From Nannocystis bainbridge (GTDB taxonomy: Bacteria > Myxococcota_A > Polyangia > Nannocystales > Nannocystaceae): a stretch of DNA of 64,000 nt. This document shows positions 24,229 to 34,265 of this stretch, piece by piece (within the stretch, counting starts at the first letter, position 1; the number at the start of each line of letters is the position of its first letter). Position numbers and translations under genes: made by a program. Where the stretch lies: assembly GCF_028368995.1 (NCBI RefSeq), contig NZ_JAQNDL010000003.1:2112001-2176000 (forward strand), given 5' to 3'. The notes beneath the pieces were generated by a model. It was not told the DNA's origin and ran no database searches. It saw nothing but the letters and a program-made list of their open reading frames with translations.

Positions 24229-24371
24229 CGGCGTGAGCATGGCACACGAGGCCGTGGACATCACGGCCTGATTGTGAGTTGTCGCGTCGGAGATCGCTCC
24301 GGACGGGTTCGCGCAGCGACGCCGGAGTCACCCGCAGCCCGGATGCTGCTGCGGGTCGGCGTCGCCAGGGC

Positions 24372-26102
24372 TCACTCGGTCAGCTTGGCGATCGTGTCAC
24401 GGGCGGTCAGCACGGCCTTCTGGTAGCTGATGTCCGTCGTGCCCTTCTCGCCCTTCATGATGTCCTCGAGCGCGTCGACGCACTTCTGGCAGCGCTTGCC
24501 CTGCATGATGCGCGAGGCCAGCAGCGCCATCGTCACGCGCGCGTCGACCTCGCGGACCTTGTAGGCCTGCGCGATCGCCTCGGCGACGGCGGCGTCGCCC
24601 GGCGCGACGCGGGTCAGCTCCATCGCCGCGTTCTCGCGTGCGACCCAGTTGGCGTTGGTGTCCTTGAGGACCTTGAGGTAGCAGTCCTTGTCGGACTTGC
24701 AGGTCTCGAGGGTGGTGAACGCGGGCTCCCACTGCTTGAGGCCCTCGGCGACCTTGGGGTCGGTGTTGGCGGCGAAGGCCTCGCGGACGGCGGCGACCTG
24801 GTCGGGGCCCGCGGCGAGCACGGCGAAGCGACCGGCCTCGATGCGGATCGACAGCGGCGTCTTGTCGGTCGACGGCAGGGTCTCGGGATCGCTCTCGGCG
24901 GTCTTGATGAAGTTGGTGAGGCACTTCACGGCCTCTTCGCCGCCGACGTAGCCGAGCGCCTCGGCCATCATGAACTGCTCCTCGAAGTGGACCGAGGCCT
25001 GGGTGCACGGACAGATCGCGGCCGCGGCCTTGGGGTCGCCGATCTGGCCCAGGGTGGTGACGATGGCGTTGCGCAGGTTCTCGCTCTCCGCCTTGTCCGG
25101 ATCCTCTTCCTCTTCCTCGGCGGCCTTCTTCTTCTTGTCCTTCTTCTTCGGGTCTTCCTTGACCACGGCCTTGCAGGAGTCGGCCGGGATGTTCTTGACC
25201 AGGGCGTCGACGGCCTGCGGGCTGCCGAGCGAGCCGAGCATCAGGGCGGCGGTGAAGCGGACCACCGGGACGGTGCTGCCGGCCTCGACGACCTTCTTGA
25301 TGACGATGTCGTCTTCCTTGCCGGTGAGCAGCTCGACGAGGCGCGGGACGGCCGGCTCGCCGATGCTGTTGAGGGCCAGCTTGACGCGGTTGCTGAGGTT
25401 CTTGCTGTCGGTCTGGTCGTCGGGGATCGAGAAGTTGGCGATCACCAGCGGCTCGATCGCGGCCGGGTCGCGCAGGCTGCCGAGCGCCTCGGCGACGATG
25501 CGGTGGATCTGCGGCGGCCGCATCTCGGTCGGCTGCTGCAGCGCGGCGATCAGCGCCGGCGCGGCCTTGGGGTCCTTCAAGATCCCGAGCGTGCGCGCGA
25601 GTTCGCGGCGGATCTCACCCTCGGCCTTGCCCTTGTCCTTGCTCGGGTCCTTCGTCAGGCCCTCGAACAGGCCGAGCACCGCGTCGGTCGAGCCGGTGGC
25701 CTTGGCGCGCTGGATGCCCTGCAGGGCGATCAGCACGCGCTTGCGGCCCTCCTCCGAGCCGTCGAGGGTGCTGAGCGCCTTGCTCCACAGCGGGGCGGCC
25801 TCGGGCCGGCCGATGTCGCGGAGCATCTCGAGCATGTTGACCTGGTGCTCCGGCGACGAGTCCCACTGCTCCTCGAACACCGGGACCACCTTCTGCACGA
25901 ACTCGTCGAGCCGCGGCGCGTTGTCGGGCGAGGTGATGACGGTCTTGACCAGCTCCTTCATGCCCGAGAAGCCGATGCCCTTGGCGCTGGTGTTGCGGAT
26001 GTTCTCGATGTGCGTCTCGTAGGCGTAAGGGTCGGGCTCCTTGCAACCAGTGGTCGTGAACACCGACAGGGCGAACAGGGACGAGAGAAGGAGCTTGCGC
26101 AT
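24372..26102 (-). CDS. HEAT-repeat lipoprotein
   Basis: MRKLLL...TTGC lipobox; repeated R..A..LG...DP.A...L motifs. Confidence 0.85.
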   Translation of the reverse strand: MRKLLLSSLFALSVFTTTGCKEPDPYAYETHIENIRNTSAKGIGFSGMKELVKTVITSPDNAPRLDEFVQKVVPVFEEQWDSSPEHQVNMLEMLRDIGRPEAAPLWSKALSTLDGSEEGRKRVLIALQGIQRAKATGSTDAVLGLFEGLTKDPSKDKGKAEGEIRRELARTLGILKDPKAAPALIAALQQPTEMRPPQIHRIVAEALGSLRDPAAIEPLVIANFSIPDDQTDSKNLSNRVKLALNSIGEPAVPRLVELLTGKEDDIVIKKVVEAGSTVPVVRFTAALMLGSLGSPQAVDALVKNIPADSCKAVVKEDPKKKDKKKKAAEEEEEDPDKAESENLRNAIVTTLGQIGDPKAAAAICPCTQASVHFEEQFMMAEALGYVGGEEAVKCLTNFIKTAESDPETLPSTDKTPLSIRIEAGRFAVLAAGPDQVAAVREAFAANTDPKVAEGLKQWEPAFTTLETCKSDKDCYLKVLKDTNANWVARENAAMELTRVAPGDAAVAEAIAQAYKVREVDARVTMALLASRIMQGKRCQKCVDALEDIMKGEKGTTDISYQKAVLTARDTIAKLTE

Positions 26103-26376
26103 CAGGCCGACCTTTCAGGAACAGGCCCGCTCGGGCCGAGGAGGAGAGATTGGGAGATCCGGCTTTATGACGGCCGAATACGGGCCGCACGGGCCATGAC
26201 AGAGCTACGCCGATGTTACCAAAGGCGCGCGCGGGATGTTTGCCGCAGTTTCGTCGCGCGTCAAAAAACCCAGGCCCGACGAGGGCCGGCGCCCGAAAGG
26301 AGCACCAGACGTCGGTTGGCCGCCGCGTCGGTCGCGGCGGCGGGCTCGATGACACGAACGCGTCGCGGGGGAGCGC

Positions 26377-27081
26377 TCAGATGCGCTCGACCTTGTGCTT
26401 GCCGCGAGCCAGGATCCGCGGGCGGGCGACCTTCTTGGCCCGCTTGGCGCTGTCGCCCCACTCCGCTTCCTCGCCCTCGCCGTACGGGTCGCTCGCCTGC
26501 TCCTCGAGGCGAGGACGGGCCAGCGACGGCTTGGCGATGGCGCTGTCACGCCGCGGGGCGGTCCGCTGCGGGGGCAGCCGAACGCCGTTCTGAGTGGCGT
26601 ACGGGGCCGCGGGGCGGGCCTGCGCCGGGCGGGCCTGCGCCTGCGCCTGCGTCCACTGGCGACCCTCGCGGCGGTCACGGGCGGCCTCGGCGTCGGTCTC
26701 TTCTTCGTCCTCGTCGGGCGGCTCCATGCTGACCTGGCCGCGGAAGGCGGCGCCGGGAGCGACGACGAGGCGGGGGGCCCGGAGATCGCCGACGACGCGG
26801 GCGCTGGCGGCGAGCACGATGCTGCCAGCGGCGGTCACGTTGCCGACCACGGTGCCGGCGACGACCACGTCATCGGCGTGCACGTCGGCGGCGATGATGC
26901 CCTCGGGCTCGACGTAGAGCGTGGCAGAGAGGTGGATGCGGCCCTCGATCGTGCCGTGGACGCGCACGTCCTCCTGGCCAGAAAGACGACCGACGATGTG
27001 CGTGCCGGGGGCGACGACGGTGGAGGCCTCGTCGGGCGAGCCGACAGCCGAGTGCGTGGAATCCGACTGCGACACCTTCAT
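26377..27081 (-). CDS. bacP: Bactofilin with disordered, basic C-terminal tail (BacP-like)
   Basis: Bactofilin beta-helix repeats (VVAPGTHIVG...GDLRAPRLVVAPGAAFRG) plus about 110-aa tail; third of three bactofilins. Confidence 0.8.
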   Translation of the reverse strand: MKVSQSDSTHSAVGSPDEASTVVAPGTHIVGRLSGQEDVRVHGTIEGRIHLSATLYVEPEGIIAADVHADDVVVAGTVVGNVTAAGSIVLAASARVVGDLRAPRLVVAPGAAFRGQVSMEPPDEDEEETDAEAARDRREGRQWTQAQAQARPAQARPAAPYATQNGVRLPPQRTAPRRDSAIAKPSLARPRLEEQASDPYGEGEEAEWGDSAKRAKKVARPRILARGKHKVERI

Positions 27082-27392
27082 CCCCCCATGTCAACGTTGC
27101 CCTTGAACGAGGCACCGTCGGCGATGAGGATCCGCGGGGCGCGGATGTCACCGATGACGGTGCTGCTCGGGCGCAGCTCGGCGCGCTCGCTGGCGGCGAC
27201 GTCGCCGCGGAGCGTGCCCTGGACTGTGATCGTCGCGGCGTCGACGGTGGCCTCGACGACCCCGCCGTCCTCGATGACGAGGGTGTCCCGGACCTGGATC
27301 CGGCCCTTCACGGTGCCTCGGACGACGAGGTGCTCTTCGCCGGTGATCTCGCCGTCGATGAGGATGCTGGAGCCGATGACGGTGCTGGACAT
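27078..27392 (-). CDS. bacO: Bactofilin (BacO-like)
   Basis: TVIGSSILIDGEITG...GDIRAPRILIADGASFKGNVDM. Confidence 0.8.
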   Translation of the reverse strand: MSSTVIGSSILIDGEITGEEHLVVRGTVKGRIQVRDTLVIEDGGVVEATVDAATITVQGTLRGDVAASERAELRPSSTVIGDIRAPRILIADGASFKGNVDMGG

Positions 27393-27423
27393 GGTGTGCC
27401 TGCGAAGTCGGGGAATTGAAACG

Positions 27424-27798
27424 TCAGCGAGGACGCGGTTGCCGGAGGACGTTGCCGGGCAGCGGGACGTCCATCTCGACGGCGCCCTTGAACTGCGCGC
27501 CGTCGGCGATCTCGACGCGCGGGGCGCGAAGGTTGCCGACCACGCGGGCGCCCTCGCGGAGGGTGATGCCCTCGGCGGCGACGACGTCACCCTCGACCTG
27601 GCCGTGGATCTCGACGCTGTCGGCCTCGATGTCGGCAGCGACCATCGCCGGCCCGGCGATGAGGAGGTGCGCGGACAAGGCGATGCTGCCCTCCACCCTG
27701 CCCTGCACTACGACGTCTTCCTCGCCGACGAGAGACCCGCGGACGGTGATCCGTGGGCCGATGACACAGGGTGCTTCGTGGACGGCAGATCCAGCCAT
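27424..27798 (-). CDS. bacN: Bactofilin (BacN-like)
   Basis: VIGPRITVRG...GNLRAPRVEIADGAQFKGAVEMDV; start at ATG 27798. Confidence 0.8.
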   Translation of the reverse strand: MAGSAVHEAPCVIGPRITVRGSLVGEEDVVVQGRVEGSIALSAHLLIAGPAMVAADIEADSVEIHGQVEGDVVAAEGITLREGARVVGNLRAPRVEIADGAQFKGAVEMDVPLPGNVLRQPRPR

Positions 27799-27985
27799 GA
27801 GCGTTACGCCGGCGAAGAGTAACGGCGGGTCTGCGCCGCGGTCAAGCGCAGGTGACGGTCGGGGCCGGCGCCGCGGCGCCTGTGGGCCGATCGCACGCGG
27901 CGGCGGCCTGCAATTCGCTGTCAAGTCGCGCCAAACGCCACGTACACTGACTCCCCGCCAGACCTGGCGACGACCCGGAGCCTCC

Positions 27986-29392
27986 GTGAGCAGCACCCCC
28001 GAGACCCCCGCCTCCAGCGCGCCGCTGCAGCCCGAAGACCTCACGGGGTTCTTCCGCCGCGCCGAACGCCCCGACCGCCGGACCCACAAGATCGGCACCG
28101 AACACGAAAAGTTCGGCGTGTTCGTCGCCGACGGCGAGTACCGCCCGGTCGAGTACGAGGCCCACGTCCTGGCGGTCATGAATAGCTTCATGGAGCGGTT
28201 CGGCTGGCAGCCGGGCGGCGAACGCGGCAACGACGGGGCGCTCATCAGCCTCGTACGCGACGGCGCCTCGATCACGCTCGAGCCGGGCGGCCAGTTCGAG
28301 CTCAGCGGCGCACCCCTGGCCGACGTCCACCTCACCTGCCAGGAGTTCACGCAGCACCAGCGCGAGCTTCACGCGGTGTCGCAGGAGCTGGGGATCGCCT
28401 GGATGGCGTCGGGCTTCCATCCGTTCGCCACCCGCGAAGAGATCCACTGGATGCCCAAGCCGCGCTACGCGGTGATGCGGGCCTACTTGCCGACCGTCGG
28501 CCAGCGCGGCATCGACATGATGCTGCGCACGTGCACGGTGCAGGCCAACTTCGACTTCGCGTCGGAGGAGCAAGCCGGGACCCGGCTGCGCCTGGCGATG
28601 GGGGTGTCGGCGCTGACGACGGCGCTGTTCGCCAACTCCCCTTATAAGGAGGGCGAGGACCGCGGGTTCGCGTCGCTGCGCAGCGACAACTGGACCGACG
28701 TCGACGCCGCCCGCTGCGGGCTGCTGCCGCTGGCGTTCGAGGCGCCGTTCTCGTACGAGCGCTACGCCGCGTGGGCGCTGGCGGTGCCGATGTTCTTCAT
28801 CCGGCGCCAGGGCCGCTACATCCCGCTGCACGTGCCGTTCCGCGAGTACATGGCGACCGGCTACGTCGACCCGGACGGGGTCCGCCACACGGCGACGCTG
28901 GGCGACTGGGAGCTGCACCTCAGCACGCTGTTCCCGGAGATCCGCCTGAAGCCGTACCTCGAGGTCCGCGGCTGTGATTCGGTGCAGCAGAACATCCTCT
29001 GCGCGCTGCCGGCGCTGTGGAAGGGGCTGCTCTACGACGACGACGCCGGCGAGGCAGCGTGGGAGCTGGTGGCCGACCTCGACTTCGGCGAGCGGCTGAC
29101 GCTGTGGTCCGAGTGTCGCCAGGCGGCCCTGGCGTCGCCGCGCGTCCGCGCGCTGTGCCAGCGCCTGCTCACCATCGCGCGCGAGGGGCTCGACCGCGCC
29201 GACATCCGCGACCGTCGCGGCCGCACGGAGGCGTTCTTCCTCGACCCGCTCGAGGCGCTGGTCGCCGCCGGCACGTCGGCCGCCGACGTCGCGCGAGCCA
29301 AGATCGGCCCCCACCCCGGCCGCGACGTGGCGGCCCGCCGCGCGTTCGTCCGCGCGTTCCACTTCGCCGGCGCCGGGCTCGAAGAGGGCTGA
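27986..29392 (+). CDS. gshA: Glutamate-cysteine ligase (GCS2, plant/alphaproteobacterial type)
   Basis: IGTEHEKF, SITLEPGGQFELSG, WMPKPRY, TCTVQANFD, HLSTLFPEIRLK; GTG start after GGAG. Confidence 0.9.
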   Translation: MSSTPETPASSAPLQPEDLTGFFRRAERPDRRTHKIGTEHEKFGVFVADGEYRPVEYEAHVLAVMNSFMERFGWQPGGERGNDGALISLVRDGASITLEPGGQFELSGAPLADVHLTCQEFTQHQRELHAVSQELGIAWMASGFHPFATREEIHWMPKPRYAVMRAYLPTVGQRGIDMMLRTCTVQANFDFASEEQAGTRLRLAMGVSALTTALFANSPYKEGEDRGFASLRSDNWTDVDAARCGLLPLAFEAPFSYERYAAWALAVPMFFIRRQGRYIPLHVPFREYMATGYVDPDGVRHTATLGDWELHLSTLFPEIRLKPYLEVRGCDSVQQNILCALPALWKGLLYDDDAGEAAWELVADLDFGERLTLWSECRQAALASPRVRALCQRLLTIAREGLDRADIRDRRGRTEAFFLDPLEALVAAGTSAADVARAKIGPHPGRDVAARRAFVRAFHFAGAGLEEG

Positions 29393-29459
29393 CCTCTCGG
29401 GCATGTTCTCGAGGGCATGTCCGAGAGGGCATGTCCGCAGGAACATGACCTAACAAGCA
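29390..29459. repeat. Tiled array of five degenerate 14-bp TGTCC-N4-GGACA units
   Basis: TGACCTCTCGGGCA/TGTTCTCGAGGGCA/TGTCCGAGAGGGCA/TGTCCGCAGGAACA/TGACCTAACAAGCA. Confidence 0.85.
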
Positions 29460-29541
29460 GGAGCCGCGCGGGCGAGGAAGCGGACGCTCGCGCCTCCGGT
29501 CAAACAGGGCGCGGCGCGAGGACATGTCCCTCGCGCCGGCC

Positions 29542-31296
29542 TCACTCGTCGTCGTCGCGCAGGTAGGACGGCAGGTCCTCGATCAGCTCGACGCGGCTCA
29601 GCTCCTGGATGTCGTCGTCGACCGGCGGGGGCGGCGGAGGCTTGCGCGCCGGCGGGGGCGGCGGCTTGCGCGGGTTCGGCGGCTTGGGGCTCGGGCCGCG
29701 CGGGCCGACCGCGGCCGCGCCGGAGCCGGCGCGCGGCTTGCCGACCGGGGCGCCGAGCTCGACGACCTTCTTCTTGGGAGTGCGGTGGCGCAGGACCGGG
29801 GCGCCGCTTTCGGCGTCGACGTCGATCGCCGGCAGGCCGGGCATCGGCGGGGTGTCGCGGGTGCGCGCCGGTTGGGCGACCGGCTCGTCGTCGTCGTCGT
29901 CGAAGCCGTGCGCCGGCGGCAGGTTGGGCGCGTCGTCGTCGTCGTCGAGCAGCGCGCCGCGCACGTCCTCCATCGACGAGCGACGCACCGGGGCCTGCGA
30001 GCGCGTCGGCGGCGGCGACTCATCGTCGTCGTCGTCGTGCAGCACGCCGCGTACGTCGTCGATCGACGAGCGACGCACGGGCGCCTGCGAGCGCGGCGGC
30101 GGTGACTCGTCGTCATCGTCGTCGTGCAGCGCGTGGCGCTCGTCTTCCATGGACGGACGGCGCACCGGCGCCTGCGGCGAGCGCATCGGCGGCGGCGCGT
30201 CGTCGTCGTCGTCCAGCACCCTGCGCACGTCGTCGATCGACGAGCGGCGCACCGGCGGCGAGACGGGCCGGCGCGCGTCCTCGACCGCGGCGCGATGCAC
30301 CGGCCGGATGTCTTCGCGGCGCGGATCCTCGGGCGCCGCGTGGCGCACCGGCGGCGCGTCGTCGTCGTCGATCAGGACGCCGCGCGCGTCGTCCAGCGAG
30401 GCCCGCCGCGCCGGCGCGTCGTCGCGGCGGCGCAGGTCGTCGAACGCGGCGCGCCGGACCGGCCCAGCGTCCTCGAACATGCCGCCGCGACCGAGGTCGA
30501 GCGGCGGATCGTCGTCGCGCGGCTCGTCGTCGTCACTCAGGGTGGGCAGCGGCAGGTCGTCGTCGTCGTCCTGGATCGGCATCCGGACGTCGTCGTCGTC
30601 GTCGATGAAGCCCGACGCGTGCGCGCTGGTGTGCGAGGACACCGTCGGCGCGCGCGGTTCGTCGCGGTCGTACCGCATGCTGGGGTAGAACAGGTCGCTG
30701 ACGCCCGAGCCCTCGCTCGCGTCCTCGTCGGGGATCCCCAGCACCAGGGCCGCCGACTCTTCGCTGCTGATGCCGAGCGCCGCGGCCAGCGGCAAGGTCG
30801 CCGAGAGGTCGGCCGGCGGCGAGTGGTTCGACGACGAGTAGTCGCTCTCGCGCTGGGCCGCGAGCGCGAAGCTCCGCAACAGCGTCGGACGCGGCTCCTC
30901 CGCGGCCGGCTCCTGCTGGCGGTACGGGTACGGGCGGCTGAGCTTGAGCATCGACTGGAAGCGGGCGAACCCGCCGAGCCCGGAGTCGGGGTCGTCGTCG
31001 ATCACCGGGGCCGACGGCTGCGACGAGGTCGCCGCCGTGACCGCCTGGCGCAGGTCGGCCGGGATGTCGCCGTCGAGCTCGTCGAACTCGGTGCGGAAGT
31101 CGTCGCTGTCGCGGCGGACCGGCGCGCTGTCCCTCGAGACATGTCCCGAAGGACCGCCGAGGAGCTCGCCCAGCGTCGAGTCAGGGTCGAGGCCCTGGAG
31201 CAGCACGTTGGCCCGCGCGCGCGCCCACGCGAGCAAGGCCGGCACTTCCCTGGGGCCGTAGCCTTCGCGCGCGAGCAGGTCGTCGGGCTGCGGCAT
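29542..31296 (-). CDS. Low-complexity Asp/Pro/Arg-rich protein with ~30-aa tandem repeats
   Basis: 584-aa ORF 39 bp downstream of alaS; repeats like APVRRSS(I/M)(D/E)DVRxxLxDDDDD. Confidence 0.7.
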   Translation of the reverse strand: MPQPDDLLAREGYGPREVPALLAWARARANVLLQGLDPDSTLGELLGGPSGHVSRDSAPVRRDSDDFRTEFDELDGDIPADLRQAVTAATSSQPSAPVIDDDPDSGLGGFARFQSMLKLSRPYPYRQQEPAAEEPRPTLLRSFALAAQRESDYSSSNHSPPADLSATLPLAAALGISSEESAALVLGIPDEDASEGSGVSDLFYPSMRYDRDEPRAPTVSSHTSAHASGFIDDDDDVRMPIQDDDDDLPLPTLSDDDEPRDDDPPLDLGRGGMFEDAGPVRRAAFDDLRRRDDAPARRASLDDARGVLIDDDDAPPVRHAAPEDPRREDIRPVHRAAVEDARRPVSPPVRRSSIDDVRRVLDDDDDAPPPMRSPQAPVRRPSMEDERHALHDDDDDESPPPRSQAPVRRSSIDDVRGVLHDDDDDESPPPTRSQAPVRRSSMEDVRGALLDDDDDAPNLPPAHGFDDDDDEPVAQPARTRDTPPMPGLPAIDVDAESGAPVLRHRTPKKKVVELGAPVGKPRAGSGAAAVGPRGPSPKPPNPRKPPPPPARKPPPPPPVDDDIQELSRVELIEDLPSYLRDDDE

Positions 31297-31334
31297 GGAA
31301 TTTCACCGTATCACAGCGCGCCCGGGCCAGGCGC

Positions 31335-34010
31335 TCAGCCGAGCTGCGCGGCGAGGGCGCTGCCGGCGGCCTCGATGGCAGCGGGCAAGCCGGCGGCGTT
31401 GGGGCCTCCGGCCTGGGCCAGGTCGGGCCTGCCCCCACCGCGTCCGCCGACGTGCGCGGCGAGGGCGGCGATGAGGTTGCCGGCGTGGACCTTGCCGGCG
31501 AGGTCCTTGGTGACGGCGACCAGCAGCGAGGCCTTGCCGTCCTTCTCGGCGCCGAGGACGATCACGCCCGAGCCGAGGCGATCGCGCAGGGTGTCGGCGG
31601 CTTCGCGCAGGGCCTTGGGGTCGGCGACGCTGACGACCTTGGCGAGCAGCTTGACGCCGGCGACCTCGGCGATCGCGTCGGCGCTGCCGCCTCCGCCGAC
31701 GGCGAGCTTGCGCTGCAATTCGCCGATCTCGCGCTCGCGCTTCTGCGCGCTCGCCTGCAGGCGACCGAGCTTGTCGAGCACGTCGCCGGGGCCGCTGGCG
31801 TGCAGCTCGCTGGCGGCCTTGTCGAGGATCTGCACGGTCTGCTGGAGGTGGTTCAGCGCGTTCATGCCGGTCACCGCCTCGATGCGGCGCACGCCCTGGG
31901 CGATGCCGACCTCGCTGACGATGGCGAACAGGCCGATGTCGCCGGCGCGGTGGACGTGGGTGCCGCCGCACAGCTCGACGCTGTCGCTGCCGATCCGGAC
32001 CACCCGCACCTGCTCGCCGTACTTGGCCTCGAACAGGCCGATCGCGCCGGCGGTCTTGGCGTCGACGGGGCTCATCTCGCGCGTGTCGGTGTCCGCGTTG
32101 GCCAGCGTCATCTCGTTGACGATGCGCTCGATCTGCTGCTTCTGCTCCGCCGTGATCGGGCGCGGGTGCGAGAAGTCGAAGCGCAGGCGGTCGGGCGACA
32201 CCAGCGAGCCCTTCTGCGCCACGTGGGTGCCGAGCACCGCGCGCAGGGCGTGGTGCAGCAGGTGGGTCGCGCTGTGGTTGCGGCGGATCGCGGCCCGGCG
32301 CGCGCCGTCGACCGTGAGCGTGACGAGGCGCCCGACCTCGAGCGTGCCCCGGGTGACCTTGCCGCGGTGGATGTGCACGTCGCCGGTCGGCTTGAGCGTG
32401 TCGGCGATCTCGACGCGCACGCCCTCGCCCTCGGCGATGCCGATGTCGCCGACCTGGCCGCCGCTCTCGCCGTAGAACGGGGTGACCTCGGTGATGAACT
32501 CGACCTCGTCGCCCTCCTTTGCCGCCGTCTTCTCGACGCCGCCGACGGCCAGCGCGAGCACGCTGGTGCGGCCCGAGAGCTCGGCGTAGCCGGTGAAGCG
32601 AGCCTGCTTGGCGAACCGCTCCTTGAAGGAGAAGTAGAGGTTGCCGATCGCCTTGTCGCCGCCGCCGAGGTTGGCCGCCGCGCCGGCCGTCTGGCGCGCC
32701 TGGACCTCCTGCTTGACGGCCTCCTCGTCGAGGGTGAGGCCCTTCTCGCGGCTGAGGATCCCGGTGAGGTCGATCGGCAGGCCGTAGGTATCGTAGAGCT
32801 CGGCGGCGACGCCGAGCGGGAACGCGGTCTCGCCGGCGGGCAGCTCGGTGACGGCGCCCTCGAACAGCCGCAGGCCGCGCTTGAGGGTGCGACGGAAGCC
32901 CTCCTCCTCGCCGCGCACGACCTCCTCGATGGTGGCTGCCCTTTCGACCAGGTTGGGATAGGCCTCGCCGAACTCCTCGACGACCTTCTTGCAGACCTCG
33001 TGGAAGAACAGGTTCTCGAGCCCGACCTTCTCGCCGAAGCGGATCGCGCGGCGCATGATCCGGCGCAGCACGTAGGGGCGAGTGTCGCGGTCGGGGAACA
33101 CGCCGTCGGCGATCAAAAAGGCGGTCGCGCGCGCGTGGTCGGCGATGACGCGGAACGGCGCCTCACCGGCCCCGAGGTCGTGGGCGGGCGCACCGGCGAG
33201 CCGCTTGGCGAGGTCGACGAGCGGGGTGAGCAGCGAGGTGCGGTAGTTGCTGCCGACGCCCTCGAGCACCGAGGCGAGCCGCTCGAGGCCAGCGCCGGTG
33301 TCGATGCTCGGCTTCGGCAGCGGCACGAGCCGACCATCGTCGAACTTCTCGTACTGCATGAACACGAGGTTCCACAGCTCGGTGTAGCGGCTGTCCTCGT
33401 AGGCCGGGCCGCGACCGGCGATGCCGGCGTCCGGCGGGGCCTGGTCGCCGTGGAAGATGTGGATCTCCGAGCACGGGCCGCACGGACCGGTCGGGCCCAT
33501 GGCCCAGAAGTTCTCCTTGGCGGGGAACCGGTAGATCCTGTCCTTCGGGACATACGCGGTCCACAGCTCGTAGGCCTCGTCGTCGGCCGGCGCCGACTCG
33601 CCCTCGCCGCTGAAGACGCTGACGACCAGCCGATCGGCCGGGATGCCGAGATCCTCGGTGAGGAACTCCCAGCCCCAGCGGATCGCGTCCGGCTTGAAGT
33701 AGTCGCCGAACGAGAAGTTGCCGAGCATCTCGAACAGCGTGTGGTGCCGCTCGGTGAAGCCGACGTTGTCGAGGTCGTTGTGCTTGCCGCCGGCCCGCAG
33801 GCACCGCTGCACGGTGACGGCCCGCTTGTACGGCCGCGGGTCACGCCCGAGGAAGGTGTCCTTGAACTGCACCATCCCGGCGTTGGTGAACAGCAGCGTC
33901 GGATCGTTGGCCGGCACCAGCGACGAGGACGGCACGACGGCGTGCTCGCGGGCGGCGAAGTAATTGAGGAATCGGCTGCGGATCTCGTGAGCGCGAATGG
34001 GCCGCTGCAT
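31335..34010 (-). CDS. alaS: Alanine-tRNA ligase
   Basis: DPTLLFTNAGMVQFK, FEMLGNFSFGDYFK, HSATHLLH editing motif, ELCGGTHV, GGGRPDLAQAG. Confidence 0.98.
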   Translation of the reverse strand: MQRPIRAHEIRSRFLNYFAAREHAVVPSSSLVPANDPTLLFTNAGMVQFKDTFLGRDPRPYKRAVTVQRCLRAGGKHNDLDNVGFTERHHTLFEMLGNFSFGDYFKPDAIRWGWEFLTEDLGIPADRLVVSVFSGEGESAPADDEAYELWTAYVPKDRIYRFPAKENFWAMGPTGPCGPCSEIHIFHGDQAPPDAGIAGRGPAYEDSRYTELWNLVFMQYEKFDDGRLVPLPKPSIDTGAGLERLASVLEGVGSNYRTSLLTPLVDLAKRLAGAPAHDLGAGEAPFRVIADHARATAFLIADGVFPDRDTRPYVLRRIMRRAIRFGEKVGLENLFFHEVCKKVVEEFGEAYPNLVERAATIEEVVRGEEEGFRRTLKRGLRLFEGAVTELPAGETAFPLGVAAELYDTYGLPIDLTGILSREKGLTLDEEAVKQEVQARQTAGAAANLGGGDKAIGNLYFSFKERFAKQARFTGYAELSGRTSVLALAVGGVEKTAAKEGDEVEFITEVTPFYGESGGQVGDIGIAEGEGVRVEIADTLKPTGDVHIHRGKVTRGTLEVGRLVTLTVDGARRAAIRRNHSATHLLHHALRAVLGTHVAQKGSLVSPDRLRFDFSHPRPITAEQKQQIERIVNEMTLANADTDTREMSPVDAKTAGAIGLFEAKYGEQVRVVRIGSDSVELCGGTHVHRAGDIGLFAIVSEVGIAQGVRRIEAVTGMNALNHLQQTVQILDKAASELHASGPGDVLDKLGRLQASAQKREREIGELQRKLAVGGGGSADAIAEVAGVKLLAKVVSVADPKALREAADTLRDRLGSGVIVLGAEKDGKASLLVAVTKDLAGKVHAGNLIAALAAHVGGRGGGRPDLAQAGGPNAAGLPAAIEAAGSALAAQLG

Positions 34011-34265
34011 GGGCCGGGGAGAATAATCGATCCGCGCGTCCACGAGCCCCCGCGCGCACGGTGCCCGCCGCGTGCGATTCCGCGCGCACTTCGCGCAGGC
34101 CGAACGAGACGGGCTCGCAGGCGCGTCCCGGCCGGATCATGAGCGGAGGCACGAGGCCGGATCGCCGGGGGCTCGCGTCAGGACCGCCCCGACGAGCGGC
34201 GACGGTCGCCGCGGCGGGAGACGGCCGACGAAGTAGCGAGGCGGGCGGCGCTCGCCGACGCCGCG

